A stretch of DNA of 52,696 bases, from the sequence record DRR378314_1707, one strand, 5' to 3'. Of the stretch, positions 29,493 through 39,060 are shown piece by piece; positions within the stretch are counted from its first letter, which is position 1, and each line of letters opens with the position of its first letter. A program made the position numbers and the translations under genes. The notes under the pieces were generated by a model. That model was not told where the DNA came from, made no database searches, and saw only the letters and a program-made list of their open reading frames with translations.

Positions 29493-30350
29493 GTGTTTAA
29501 CAAGTTGAGGAAAACAGGCATGAGTCTTTCTCTTAATATGTTTCAGGCTGTTTTTGGGGCCTACAGCCGATTACTGCCATCCAGGGCGGCCTTGAAAGCC
29601 GTTGAACTCATGACGAGTCCCCGAATAAAGCCAGAACGACGAGCCTCATCCCGAGCGCTATTTGAGAAAGTCGTGCCGTTACGTAATGACGGTTGGCTCT
29701 CGATCTTCGGGAACGGCCCAAAAAAGATTTTGTTCTTGCATGGCTGGTCAGGTTGGGTCGGCCAATTCCAGGATCTGATCCGTGAGATTGATCCCGGTGA
29801 ATACACCGTTTATGCCGTCAATCCGGCGGGGCATGGAGAGTCCGAGGCGACTGAATCTCATCCGGGGCGCTTCATCGAGGCAGTCTTCGAAGCGCATGAA
29901 TACGTTGGTGGTTCTTTCGATATTGGAGTCGGTCACTCACTGGGTGCAGCTGCGCTCGTTTATGCCCAATCCACGAGCAGTTGTTTCGAGCGTCTGGTTC
30001 TGGTTTCTGGTCCGGCAACCATTGAAGGCGTGCTGAGCCGATTTGCCCGGTTTGTGAACCTTGGCGCGCGGAGCAAACGTCTTTTTGTCCGCGATATGGA
30101 AGAAACGGTGGGGTTGAGTGTTGATCGACTCAATCTGATTACGCTGGCTCCCTCAATCGAGACACCCGTGTTATTGATTCATGATGAGCTGGATTCAGAG
30201 GTTCCTATCGCCGAGTCCAGGGCGTTGCACGAGGTTTTTCCGCGAAGCCGTTTAACCTGCACAAAGGGAGACGGACATAGCCGGCTTTTACAAAATCCTG
30301 AAGTGGTTCGCGAAATCGTCGAATTTGCCCATACACCATTCAGGCCGTAG
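29493..30350 (+). CDS. Alpha/beta hydrolase
   Basis: LHGWSG, GHSLG nucleophile, HDELDSEVP, GHSRLL; start may be 29520. Confidence 0.9.
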   Translation: MFNKLRKTGMSLSLNMFQAVFGAYSRLLPSRAALKAVELMTSPRIKPERRASSRALFEKVVPLRNDGWLSIFGNGPKKILFLHGWSGWVGQFQDLIREIDPGEYTVYAVNPAGHGESEATESHPGRFIEAVFEAHEYVGGSFDIGVGHSLGAAALVYAQSTSSCFERLVLVSGPATIEGVLSRFARFVNLGARSKRLFVRDMEETVGLSVDRLNLITLAPSIETPVLLIHDELDSEVPIAESRALHEVFPRSRLTCTKGDGHSRLLQNPEVVREIVEFAHTPFRP

Positions 30351-30415
30351 TCCGAACACCTGTATGAATACTGGGAAACGAACGGACGCTAAAGCGTCTT
30401 TTTAATTAACTTATA

Positions 30416-30429
30416 AGTGTATCTACACT
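30416..30429. promoter_or_regulatory. Putative MarR operator, copy 3
   Basis: AGTGTATCTACACT (13/14) immediately before the MMPL gene RBS. Confidence 0.65.
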
Positions 30430-30438
30430 AAAGAGGGC

Positions 30439-33400
30439 GTGATGGCTGAACATCAAGAGCATCGCTCAACTGGGTTCGGCTTCTTTAAGGAGCTGATTCG
30501 TTATCGCTGGATCTCGCTGATTTTCGCATTGCTGGTTATTGGCGGGCTTGCCAGTCAGCTGGGGGAGCTGAGAAAGAACACACAGGCCGATGCTTTCATC
30601 GATGCTAACGAACCGGCTCTGGTGTACAGGCGCGTTGTTGAGGATATCTTCAACCTCAAAGACCCCCTGGTTATAGCGATACAGAACGAAGGGCCTCTCG
30701 GGATCTACAATCCGAAAAGCCTTGAACTGGTAAGCTGGCTTAGCGACCGCCTAATCTCTGTGCCGAACATAGATCCACAGGGCATAACCAGCTTAGCCAC
30801 TGAGTCCAATATTCAGGGCGACACCTATGGAATGGAGGTCCGGGAATTCCTGGATGGGCCGCTGGATGAAGGCCACATCGAGTGGATTAAAACGAGCATC
30901 GAGAGTTTCCCCCTCTACGAGGGAAGCCTCGTAGCTGGCGACGGTTCAATGACGTTAATCGTTGCTGAACTGTTGGACCAGGAAAAGGCGGAAACGACCT
31001 ATCAGGCTGTGATGCAGCTAATCAGTGAGGCACCAGCAGGGCGGAATGCCATCCATGTGGCAGGCGAGGGCGCCATCGCGGGGTACTTGTCTGAATACAT
31101 AGACAGCGATGCCAAGCGGCTGAACCCATTGGCTGGTTTCATAATCACGATTGTACTGATCGCTGCCTTTTTCACCGTTCGGGCCGCTATTATTCCCAAT
31201 CTGATTGTCGCCGGTACCGTGGGTGGAACTCTTGGTGCTATGGCAGTCGCTGGCGCTGAGTTCTATGTCATTACCAATGGCCTGATCGTCTGTATGATTG
31301 GAATTGCGGTCGCAGATTCTATCCATATTTTCTCAGAGTATTACGAAGCCCAAGCTGCCGACCCGACACTCTCTCAGGTTGATGCCATTGCCCTGGCAAT
31401 GGCGCGGATGTGGCGCCCGGTCTTTTTGACAACGCTGACAACAGCCGCGGGGTTTCTGGCGCTATACCCCACCAATGATATGCCGCCGCTTCAGTACTTT
31501 GGCATCTTCGGTGCCTTTGCGGTTGTGATTGCCGGCCTTCTTACGCTGTTCGTAACGCCGGCACTTTTATCCTTTTGCCGCGCTCGGCCCAGCCGTCTTT
31601 TCAGGCGCCATGGCATCGTTTCGTCTAAACCAAGCCTGGCGAGTGCACTTGGCTCCATACCGTTAAATCACCCGAGGAAGGTGCTTCTATCCGGGGCTCT
31701 GATTTCAGCACTGGCTGTCATCGGGGCGGGGAATGTGGTGGTCAATGAAGAACGAATTGAGAACTTTCAGCCACATGAACCCATCTACGTCGCTGACAAG
31801 CGGATCAATGCCTTGATGGATGGCACCTATTACCTTGATGTTGTAGTAGAGACCCCTGATGCGGAGGGCATCTACGATCCGTCCGTTCTGAGAGCCATCA
31901 GCGAATTACAGGGCTTTTTAGAACAGCAGCCGGAGATTCATGGAACCACTTCTATCGCTGATTACATCAAACAGATGTACAAGGCCGTCAATGAAGACGA
32001 TCCGGAATTCTACCGTTTGCCTGACGATAGAAATCTGATTGCACAGCTCTTTCTCCTCTATACAGCGTCCGGCGACCCGACAGATTTCGAGGAGCGCGTG
32101 GATTCCCGTCGAAAAACGGCCCTGGTGAGGGCTAACCTGAAAACAGGCTCATACCAGGTTAGCCGGTCTCTGATCCCAAGGTTGGAGAGTCACCTTGCTT
32201 CCAAGTTCGATGGCGAAGTGAGTGCGCAAATAAGTGGCCGGATCAATGTGGACTACCACTGGATTGATGGCATTGCTGAAACACACCTGAACAGCGTCAT
32301 CGTATCCTTCCTGGCGGTATTCGTGATGGCCGCACTGCTTTTCCGGTCAATTATCGGTGGCCTGATGGCGGCGATTCCGGTGGGCTTGTCCATTCTGGTG
32401 ATCTACGCCGTGATGGGCGTAAAGGGGATTTGGCTCGGCGTGGGAACGTCCATGTTTGCGGCTATCGCGATTGGGCTGAGCGTCGATTTTGCCATTCACA
32501 CGATTGATCGGCTCCGCCAAGCGATGTCCAGACCCGGAGATCTGAGTACCGCAGAACGCATCACCAGTGTTTTTGAATCTACCGGGCGGGCACTCTGGTT
32601 CAATCTCTTGGCGGTTGCACTCGGTTTTGGTGTTCTGATGACCAGCCAGGTTCCCCCATTGGTGAACTTTGGCATGTTGGTGGCTTTGTCTGTATCGGTC
32701 GCGTTTGTCGCCAGCCTGCTTTTGCTGCCCGCCTTTACTTTGGTTTTTCGACCAGGATTCATGGTGGGCGAGGGCGGCAGTTTATGGAAAACAGGAATGA
32801 TTCTACTAGCCGTTTTGGCAGCGGGTGCGATGACAAGCAAAGCGTTCGCTGACGAGAATCCTCCCACAGCGGATGAGATCGTCCAAAAGATGAACAACCG
32901 CCCTGAGGGTGTTGCGGTTCAGCGAGATATGGTCATTACCATGACTGATCGCCGAGATAACATCCGTGAGGAGCATACTCGAGCATTCCGGCGCTATTTC
33001 GGAGAAACCAAGAAGACGGTCATCTTCTACACCCAACCTGGAACCGTTGCAGGTACCGCATTCCTGACCTGGGACTACGCCGACCAGGAAAGAGACGATG
33101 ACCAGTGGCTTTATCTTCCCGCCTTGAGGAAGGTGCGCAGAATCTCGGCATCAGACCGCGGGGATTACTTTCTGGGCACAGACTTCACTTATGAAGAAAT
33201 CAAGAAAGAGAGCAAAATTGCCGCAGAAGACTACCAGTTTTCGCTGCTGGGAGAGGAGGATGTAGATGGCCACCACACATGGAAAGTTGAGGCAACTCCG
33301 ATAAAACCCGAGGTAAGCAGGGCTCTCGGATATGGACGAGTACTGCTGCGGATTGACTCCACACTGTCGATTCCACGGCTGACGGAATACTGGGATGTAA

Positions 33401-33591
33401 ACGGAAACTTTCTCAAAACGGTGCGTGCCCGAAGCATAGAAAACATTGACGGAATCTGGGCGATCACCGACATCGAGGCAACCAACCGAAAAACCGGCCA
33501 CAGTACCCGTATTCAGTTCGAGAACACCGATTACGAGGCCTCCGTTCCGCCCCGATTGTTCGAGCAAAACGCGTTGAAGCGGGGGTACTGA
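30439..33591 (+). CDS. MMPL/RND family transporter fused to a LolA-like lipoprotein-sorting domain
   Basis: Two MMPL repeats (GIAVADSIH, GLSVDFAIH); C-terminal DDDQWLYLPALRKVRRI...FLGTDFTYEE. Confidence 0.9.
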   Translation: MMAEHQEHRSTGFGFFKELIRYRWISLIFALLVIGGLASQLGELRKNTQADAFIDANEPALVYRRVVEDIFNLKDPLVIAIQNEGPLGIYNPKSLELVSWLSDRLISVPNIDPQGITSLATESNIQGDTYGMEVREFLDGPLDEGHIEWIKTSIESFPLYEGSLVAGDGSMTLIVAELLDQEKAETTYQAVMQLISEAPAGRNAIHVAGEGAIAGYLSEYIDSDAKRLNPLAGFIITIVLIAAFFTVRAAIIPNLIVAGTVGGTLGAMAVAGAEFYVITNGLIVCMIGIAVADSIHIFSEYYEAQAADPTLSQVDAIALAMARMWRPVFLTTLTTAAGFLALYPTNDMPPLQYFGIFGAFAVVIAGLLTLFVTPALLSFCRARPSRLFRRHGIVSSKPSLASALGSIPLNHPRKVLLSGALISALAVIGAGNVVVNEERIENFQPHEPIYVADKRINALMDGTYYLDVVVETPDAEGIYDPSVLRAISELQGFLEQQPEIHGTTSIADYIKQMYKAVNEDDPEFYRLPDDRNLIAQLFLLYTASGDPTDFEERVDSRRKTALVRANLKTGSYQVSRSLIPRLESHLASKFDGEVSAQISGRINVDYHWIDGIAETHLNSVIVSFLAVFVMAALLFRSIIGGLMAAIPVGLSILVIYAVMGVKGIWLGVGTSMFAAIAIGLSVDFAIHTIDRLRQAMSRPGDLSTAERITSVFESTGRALWFNLLAVALGFGVLMTSQVPPLVNFGMLVALSVSVAFVASLLLLPAFTLVFRPGFMVGEGGSLWKTGMILLAVLAAGAMTSKAFADENPPTADEIVQKMNNRPEGVAVQRDMVITMTDRRDNIREEHTRAFRRYFGETKKTVIFYTQPGTVAGTAFLTWDYADQERDDDQWLYLPALRKVRRISASDRGDYFLGTDFTYEEIKKESKIAAEDYQFSLLGEEDVDGHHTWKVEATPIKPEVSRALGYGRVLLRIDSTLSIPRLTEYWDVNGNFLKTVRARSIENIDGIWAITDIEATNRKTGHSTRIQFENTDYEASVPPRLFEQNALKRGY

Positions 33592-33592
33592 A

Positions 33593-34855
33593 ATGAAACT
33601 GGCTCAAACCACAGGTCCAGCGATAGCCCTGTCGCTGATTGTCACGCCCGTCGCGGCGATCGATGTTCAGCACTCCTCTCTTGTTGACGTTGAGGCGGCC
33701 TATGCTTACGAGACCGGGTCCTGGCAGAAACAGGAAATTGTGTGGCGACCGGAATGGGTGATGCGTTTTGTCTCAGGAACGCGCCTTACGCTTATTGGGG
33801 AAGGGCGTTTTGATGCAAAGGACGAACTGGACCCGGGCCGGCCAGACCAACCCTTTCGTGCACGGAACACCAGGAAAGGCTTTCCCAGTGATCATATTGA
33901 TCTGGAGCTAAGAGAGTTGTTCTGGGACCACTATGCTGGGGATACCTTTGTGCGTTTGGGGAAACAGCAGATTGTGTGGGGGCAGGCCGACGGCTTGCGA
34001 GTACTTGATGTCATCAACCCGCTGAGCTATCGGGAGTTCATTCTACCCGATATCGAACACCGTCGGATTCCGCTCTGGTCCGCACTCTTCGAGTTTCCGC
34101 TGGATACCTGGACGGCCCAGTTGGTGTGGGTTCCGGATGCCACGGTGACGGAAAGTACCTTGCCGGGAGCCACTTATTCATTGATTCCGGACTTTTATGG
34201 AGACGGGCGCCTGCAAGTAAATCGCCCTGAGTCACTGGAAGACAGCGATTTCGGGGCGAAGCTCTCGAGTTTCCAGAATGGCTGGGATCTATCGCTTAAT
34301 TACCTGTATCACACGATTGATGATCCACTGATTCGGATCGATACCTCTGAACAACGGGTCGTGGCGGACTATAACCGCTCGCACCTGATTGGCGGCACCG
34401 CGTCAAAACCGTTCGGGGATGTCACCTTTCGAAGCGAAGTCGGGGTGGAGAGCAAGAAACGCTTTCAGGATTCCGTGACCGGCCAAACAACAGGTACAGA
34501 GATCGGCTCTTACGTTATCGGCCTGGATTACAGTGGGTTGACGGACTGGTTTATCAGCTCACAGTTTTTCCAGACCTATCGTTTTACCAGCACCGGCGAA
34601 GACTCCCGTTCAAATGAGCAGATCACCTTGTTGATCAGGCACGAGGCAATGAATAACACGCTCAGGTTGGAGGCCCTGAGCATATACGACCTGGATAAGG
34701 AAGATTCACTGGTTCAACTGGAGGCCGAGTACACCGCATCCAGCAACGTGGTCCTGAGAGTGGGTGCCGACCTGTTTTTCGGGGATCGGTTTGGCACCTT
34801 TGGCCGGTTCCGCGAGGAGAGCCGCCTGGTTACCGGGTTTACCATGAGTTTCTGA
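33593..34855 (+). CDS. Outer membrane beta-barrel (DUF1302-like)
   Basis: Signal peptide; LRELF, RLGKQQIVWGQADGLRVLDVINP; C-terminal Phe. Confidence 0.85.
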   Translation: MKLAQTTGPAIALSLIVTPVAAIDVQHSSLVDVEAAYAYETGSWQKQEIVWRPEWVMRFVSGTRLTLIGEGRFDAKDELDPGRPDQPFRARNTRKGFPSDHIDLELRELFWDHYAGDTFVRLGKQQIVWGQADGLRVLDVINPLSYREFILPDIEHRRIPLWSALFEFPLDTWTAQLVWVPDATVTESTLPGATYSLIPDFYGDGRLQVNRPESLEDSDFGAKLSSFQNGWDLSLNYLYHTIDDPLIRIDTSEQRVVADYNRSHLIGGTASKPFGDVTFRSEVGVESKKRFQDSVTGQTTGTEIGSYVIGLDYSGLTDWFISSQFFQTYRFTSTGEDSRSNEQITLLIRHEAMNNTLRLEALSIYDLDKEDSLVQLEAEYTASSNVVLRVGADLFFGDRFGTFGRFREESRLVTGFTMSF

Positions 34856-34935
34856 AATGAAGGGATATTCCGAACTGCGGGGTTTGATAAAACGCACCGT
34901 CCCTGGTGCCAAGACGCAAATGAAACATCTATCAC

Positions 34936-35187
34936 TCAGCCATGGTTTTCGGGCTGTACTTGACCACGGATAACAATCTGACCGCTGTACGGAGCCGGTT
35001 CGGCAGTATCGTTCTTGGCGTCGTGATCCTGAATTTCACCGCGAATCACGATCTGGCCGCTGTAAGGAGCGGGCTGAGCCTGTTCGGAGCGGGGCTCATC
35101 AGATTTACGGTCTGCCAGGGTAGCGTTTGCGGGCAGGGCGGCGGCGGCAAAAAGTGAAGCCAGAGTGATCAGGACAAATTTACGCAT
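34936..35187 (-). CDS. Small secreted protein with duplicated PAPYSGQIVIRG motif (83 aa)
   Basis: GGAGA RBS; signal peptide MRKFVLITLASLFAAAALPANA; 25-aa period repeat with synonymous changes. Confidence 0.8.
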   Translation of the reverse strand: MRKFVLITLASLFAAAALPANATLADRKSDEPRSEQAQPAPYSGQIVIRGEIQDHDAKNDTAEPAPYSGQIVIRGQVQPENHG

Positions 35188-35285
35188 AACAGTTTCTCCA
35201 AAGTTTGATGAGTTAATGCTCATACCGGTGTCGCCAATCGACTCGGTATCAGATGGAGCGAATTATGGGACTGAAGAGTTGCAAC

Positions 35286-35328
35286 GAATAATTCCCAAAC
35301 GGTATGCAACACATCATTCTGGGTGATG
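35286..35328 (-). promoter_or_regulatory. Nod-box-like LysR element, copy A
   Basis: Minus strand CATCA-CCCAGAA-TGATG-TGTTGC-ATACCG-TTTGGG-AATTATTC. Confidence 0.75.
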
Positions 35329-35373
35329 CGAACCTGTAGATAGAGAGCAAAAGTGCACGTAAAACTACTTATT

Positions 35374-35416
35374 CATAAGCTTTGGTGATGTTTTGAATAC
35401 CGACGCTTAATTAGTC
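35374..35416 (+). promoter_or_regulatory. Nod-box-like LysR element, copy B
   Basis: CATAA-GCTTTGG-TGATG-TTTTGA-ATACCG-ACGCTT-AATTAGTC. Confidence 0.72.
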
Positions 35417-35478
35417 CTGAGTGCCAGTCAATCGAAAAATAGCAGCCAACTTTACCGACACACTTTTCGGAGTTGGCT

Positions 35479-36504
35479 ATGAAATTTCGTTTTTTGGCAC
35501 CTTTCCTTGCGGTCTCCGTATTGGCCAGTACAGTGCAGGCCGAGTCTTCAGACTCGGTAATGGCACTGTCTACGGATAACGATCTGTTTGCTCCAACGCA
35601 GACAGATCGGGATTACACCGCTGGCGTAGCCATTACCTATTCCTCCAATTCAGAGGAATTTATAAAAAACCCGGTTTCGAGCATAAGTCAGGGGCTGGAC
35701 GGGTATCTGCTGCCCTATCTGGGCGGACAGGTTGAAAAGCCGCTAAGCGCCGCACTTGAGTTTGGGGTTTATGGATTCACCCCCGAGGAAATCAAGGCGG
35801 CGGACATTGATCGGAGCGATCGTCCATACAGCAGTCTGGTCTACTTGTCGTCGAGCCAGAGCTATCAGGCCATGGGCGCAAAATCGGGTTGGACGACATC
35901 GATGACCGTTGGCGTACTGGGGTTGGATGTTTTCAAATCCGGCCAGAATGCAGTTCACAAGGTTGTCGGTAGCGACCGTGCAAACGGCTGGGGCCACCAG
36001 GTTTCAAATGGCGGAGAGCTGACTTTCCGGTATTCCGCTGCATACCATCAATACCTGGATGCCAGCCAGCCAAACCGCCAGTTTAAAGTGACGACTTTCG
36101 GGTCGGTCGGGTACCTGAGCGAGTTTGGGGCTGCCCTGGTTTTCAGGGATGGCCTGATTTCCTCGCCCGATAACCGCTTCAATCCCGAATTGATGGCCTA
36201 TGGTGAGCGGGCGCCAGGGGTGTCCGCACCGGGCGGCCGTGAGAATTACTTCTGGGGCGGATTGTCAGTTAAAGCCCGTGCCTATAACGCGTTCCTTCAG
36301 GGGCAGTTCAGGGAATCAGACCATGAACTGAATGCCAATGATCTGAATATCCTTCTGGCGGAGGTTTGGGCCGGTTATACACATAGTTTCCTGGCCGGTA
36401 CCGAATTGAGTTATGTACTGCGAGTGCAGAGCTCCGAGATTAAAAGTGGTACTGGGGACCGCACGCTTGCGTGGGGAGGGTTGGTATTCAGCAAACGTCT
36501 ATAA
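35479..36504 (+). CDS. LpxR/DUF2219 family outer membrane beta-barrel (lipid A deacylase-like)
   Basis: Signal peptide; DNDLF...DRDYTAG, FTP, DRPYS, QNAVH, GWGHQ, YNAFLQG. Confidence 0.85.
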   Translation: MKFRFLAPFLAVSVLASTVQAESSDSVMALSTDNDLFAPTQTDRDYTAGVAITYSSNSEEFIKNPVSSISQGLDGYLLPYLGGQVEKPLSAALEFGVYGFTPEEIKAADIDRSDRPYSSLVYLSSSQSYQAMGAKSGWTTSMTVGVLGLDVFKSGQNAVHKVVGSDRANGWGHQVSNGGELTFRYSAAYHQYLDASQPNRQFKVTTFGSVGYLSEFGAALVFRDGLISSPDNRFNPELMAYGERAPGVSAPGGRENYFWGGLSVKARAYNAFLQGQFRESDHELNANDLNILLAEVWAGYTHSFLAGTELSYVLRVQSSEIKSGTGDRTLAWGGLVFSKRL

Positions 36505-36524
36505 ACGGGAAGCCAAAACCTAAT

Positions 36525-36567
36525 CATCATCCTGGGAAATAGGATCTATATCGTCCCGCAATTAGTT
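36525..36567 (+). promoter_or_regulatory. Nod-box-like LysR element, copy C (degenerate)
   Basis: CATCA-TCCTGGG-AAATA-GGATCT-ATATCG-TCCCGC-AATTAGTT upstream of trxA. Confidence 0.55.
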
Positions 36568-36625
36568 TTTACGCTTCCAGAGCCTCACCATTGTAAGCAC
36601 GCACCATCGAGAAGGAAATTTTTTC

Positions 36626-36949
36626 ATGAGCCACATTATCAACGTTACAGATGCCAACTTTGAACAATCCGTGGTCCAGAGCGACCGGCCCGTATTGGTA
36701 GACTTCTGGGCCCCATGGTGTGGCCCCTGCAAGACTGTCGCACCAATGCTTGAGGAAATTGCCAGCGAGCTGGGTGATCAACTGACGATTGCTAAAGTCA
36801 ACGTAGACGACAGTCCGGATATTACAGCCAAGATGCGTATCCGGGGCATCCCGACCCTGGCTCTGTTTCACGAAGGCGGGGTGATTGCCCAGAAAACAGG
36901 CGCCGGCAGTTTGAGTGAACTGAAAGCCTTTGTTAAAGGCCATCTTTAG
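36626..36949 (+). CDS. trxA: Thioredoxin
   Basis: VLVDFWAPWCGPCK, IRGIPTL. Confidence 0.93.
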   Translation: MSHIINVTDANFEQSVVQSDRPVLVDFWAPWCGPCKTVAPMLEEIASELGDQLTIAKVNVDDSPDITAKMRIRGIPTLALFHEGGVIAQKTGAGSLSELKAFVKGHL

Positions 36950-36960
36950 CTTCAAACCCA

Positions 36961-36984
36961 AGCCTCCCCACCAGGAGGCTTTTT
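36961..36984 (+). terminator. Intrinsic terminator after trxA
   Basis: AGCCTCC-ccacca-GGAGGCT-TTTT. Confidence 0.75.
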
Positions 36985-37086
36985 CGTGCTAAACGCCATG
37001 AAAACCGAGCCTTTACGGAATACCGCAATTGCGGCTAAACGATTTGCCCGCCAGACTAAGGAAGGTCTCATTTCCAGGAAAGGCGA

Positions 37087-38073
37087 ATGAAAACGCAAGA
37101 ACTTCAGCTTTTGTACATCTTCGATGCCATCATGACTGAGCGTTCAGTTACCCGCGCCGCCGATCGACTCGACATGACCCAGCCGGCCGTCTCCAATGCC
37201 ATTTCCAGAATGCGCCAGATATGGAATGATCCGCTATTTGTGCGCAAAGGCAGGAACATCGAGCCAACCTCCTATGCCCTGAGTCTGTGGGACCAGGTTA
37301 ATGGCCATATGTTTGCTCTCACCAACGCAGTCAGCGCAACACAGTTCGAGCCCGGATCCTCGAAGCGAAAGTTTCGAATTGCGGTAACGGATGTCATTGT
37401 GGAGATGATCTGGCGTCAGCTGATTGAACTTCTCGAGCGTGAGGCACCGGGCGTAGACGTACACGCTGTTCCCTACACGCCGGAGGGAACTTACGACGAT
37501 TTACGGGAAGCCCATGTTGATCTGGCTGTGGGTATGCTGAATCAACACGACCACAGTCTCCGAAGCACCTGGTTGTTCGAAGGTGGCTATGTGCTGGCGA
37601 TGCGCGCGGACCACCCGCTTGCGGGCCGGCCAATCACAATGGATGAATTTCTCAGCGCTCGGCACCTGCTTGTGACGATGTCCGGTGACGCTCATGGCTT
37701 TGTAGACGGCTATCTGGACCAGAAGGGACAGAGCAGGCGCATTGCTGCCACCGTCAACCATTTCTCGATTGTTCCCCAAGTGCTCAGAGATTCCAACCTG
37801 ATAGCAGCGGTTCCCGAATTGATCAGTCAGGATTGTGGCTTTGTAGACGGACTCTGGATGGGGCAGCTTCCATTTGAAGTGGACCCGACCAGCCTGTATC
37901 TCATATGGCATACCCGGCATGATCGGGATCCTGGGATTGTCTGGCTCCGGGATCATGTGGAGCGGCTTCTTCGGGAACGCTGGCATGACATCATGACCAA
38001 CTCTCCGTGCGGCCACATGGCCCCAAAGCGATCGAGTAGGTCAGTAGAAGCATCAAATCATCACTTTCTGTGA
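37087..38073 (+). CDS. LysR family regulator (NodD/LeuO-like), paralog of 15917..16915
   Basis: ELQLLYIF...SVTRAADRLDMTQPAVSN; WHTRHDRDPG. Confidence 0.93.
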   Translation: MKTQELQLLYIFDAIMTERSVTRAADRLDMTQPAVSNAISRMRQIWNDPLFVRKGRNIEPTSYALSLWDQVNGHMFALTNAVSATQFEPGSSKRKFRIAVTDVIVEMIWRQLIELLEREAPGVDVHAVPYTPEGTYDDLREAHVDLAVGMLNQHDHSLRSTWLFEGGYVLAMRADHPLAGRPITMDEFLSARHLLVTMSGDAHGFVDGYLDQKGQSRRIAATVNHFSIVPQVLRDSNLIAAVPELISQDCGFVDGLWMGQLPFEVDPTSLYLIWHTRHDRDPGIVWLRDHVERLLRERWHDIMTNSPCGHMAPKRSSRSVEASNHHFL

Positions 38074-38101
38074 TGATAAAGATACCGCAACGGAATTATT
38101 C
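38059..38101 (+). promoter_or_regulatory. Nod-box-like LysR element, copy D (overlaps lysR stop)
   Basis: CATCA-CTTTCTG-TGATG-ATAAAG-ATACCG-CAACGG-AATTATTC. Confidence 0.75.
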
Positions 38102-38212
38102 AATCCCACCGAAACTCTCAATAATTCCCTCCAGATGACGTTTTTCGCGGCATCGGCGAGAAGTCCGCTCGACAGTTGAACATGTCGGGAGCCTTGCCTT
38201 GAACGTCTGCAT

Positions 38213-38992
38213 ATGAAGCTATGGGAGGGAATAATGAACGGTCAATCGAACTGCCCGTCGATAGGTACCGGTTTGGAGTTGGCTGCAACTGGCAACGCAG
38301 CAGGCCAGAAATGGTACAAGCCTATTTTGTCCGTAGATACAGACGTAAACGGTGATAAGCATGTGTATAAGGCTTTTCGTTTTTCCCATGGGCTGTTGGG
38401 AAAGTATTTCAGGTTCCTTGCCTCCCACGAATTCAAAATGCTGAAAAAAGTAGAGCACCTCGAGTTCACGCCCGGTCAGATCCACCGTGGGTCTTATGCT
38501 GTGCCTACCATCAACTACCGTTTGATCGAAGGTACGTCGATCAAAAAAATCGCAACGAAAGATCTGCTGCCGGAAAAATTCTTCCTACGGCTCTTCAACG
38601 ATGTGAAAACATTGCACCAGCATGGTGTTGTGCATATGGACCTTGGCAACTCCGGGAACATTCTGGTTTCCAGGGAAGGTCATCCTGTAATCATCGACTT
38701 TGGCTCTGCGGTGCCCTCAAGCTGGTTGCCTTCCGTGGTACAGGGTTGGGCCCGACGCAAGGATATCCTCGGCGTTCTAAAGCTTTGGTATCGTTTTGAT
38801 AAAGCGTCTATGCCCACGATACTGGTGGAGTATTTCCAGAAACACTATCGCAAGAATATATACACGCCCAAACGGTTTTTTAAGGCGGTGCGCAAGTGGA
38901 TGGTGGGGGATGGGAGCTTAGAAGACCTCTCCGGTCTAACCACCGTGGTGAGTGTGTTCGTGGGGCTTCTGGTACTGGTGTCTTTAACCTGA
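38213..38992 (+). CDS. Protein kinase-like superfamily enzyme (RIO/Kdo-WaaP-like) with C-terminal membrane anchor
   Basis: HGVVHMDLGNSGNILV and IIDFG; C-terminal VVSVFVGLLVLVSLT; start may be 38234. Confidence 0.8.
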   Translation: MKLWEGIMNGQSNCPSIGTGLELAATGNAAGQKWYKPILSVDTDVNGDKHVYKAFRFSHGLLGKYFRFLASHEFKMLKKVEHLEFTPGQIHRGSYAVPTINYRLIEGTSIKKIATKDLLPEKFFLRLFNDVKTLHQHGVVHMDLGNSGNILVSREGHPVIIDFGSAVPSSWLPSVVQGWARRKDILGVLKLWYRFDKASMPTILVEYFQKHYRKNIYTPKRFFKAVRKWMVGDGSLEDLSGLTTVVSVFVGLLVLVSLT

Positions 38993-39060
38993 GGAAGTAT
39001 TGGCGTTCCACTTAAGGCAAGAAATGCAGAAACGAATTTATGTGGGAAAAAGTTTTAATC

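Noticed and set aside
36997-37031. Sixth nod-box-like copy upstream of lysR
   Set aside because: CATGA and ATACCG are correctly spaced but the TGATG half-site and AATT block are missing; too weak to call
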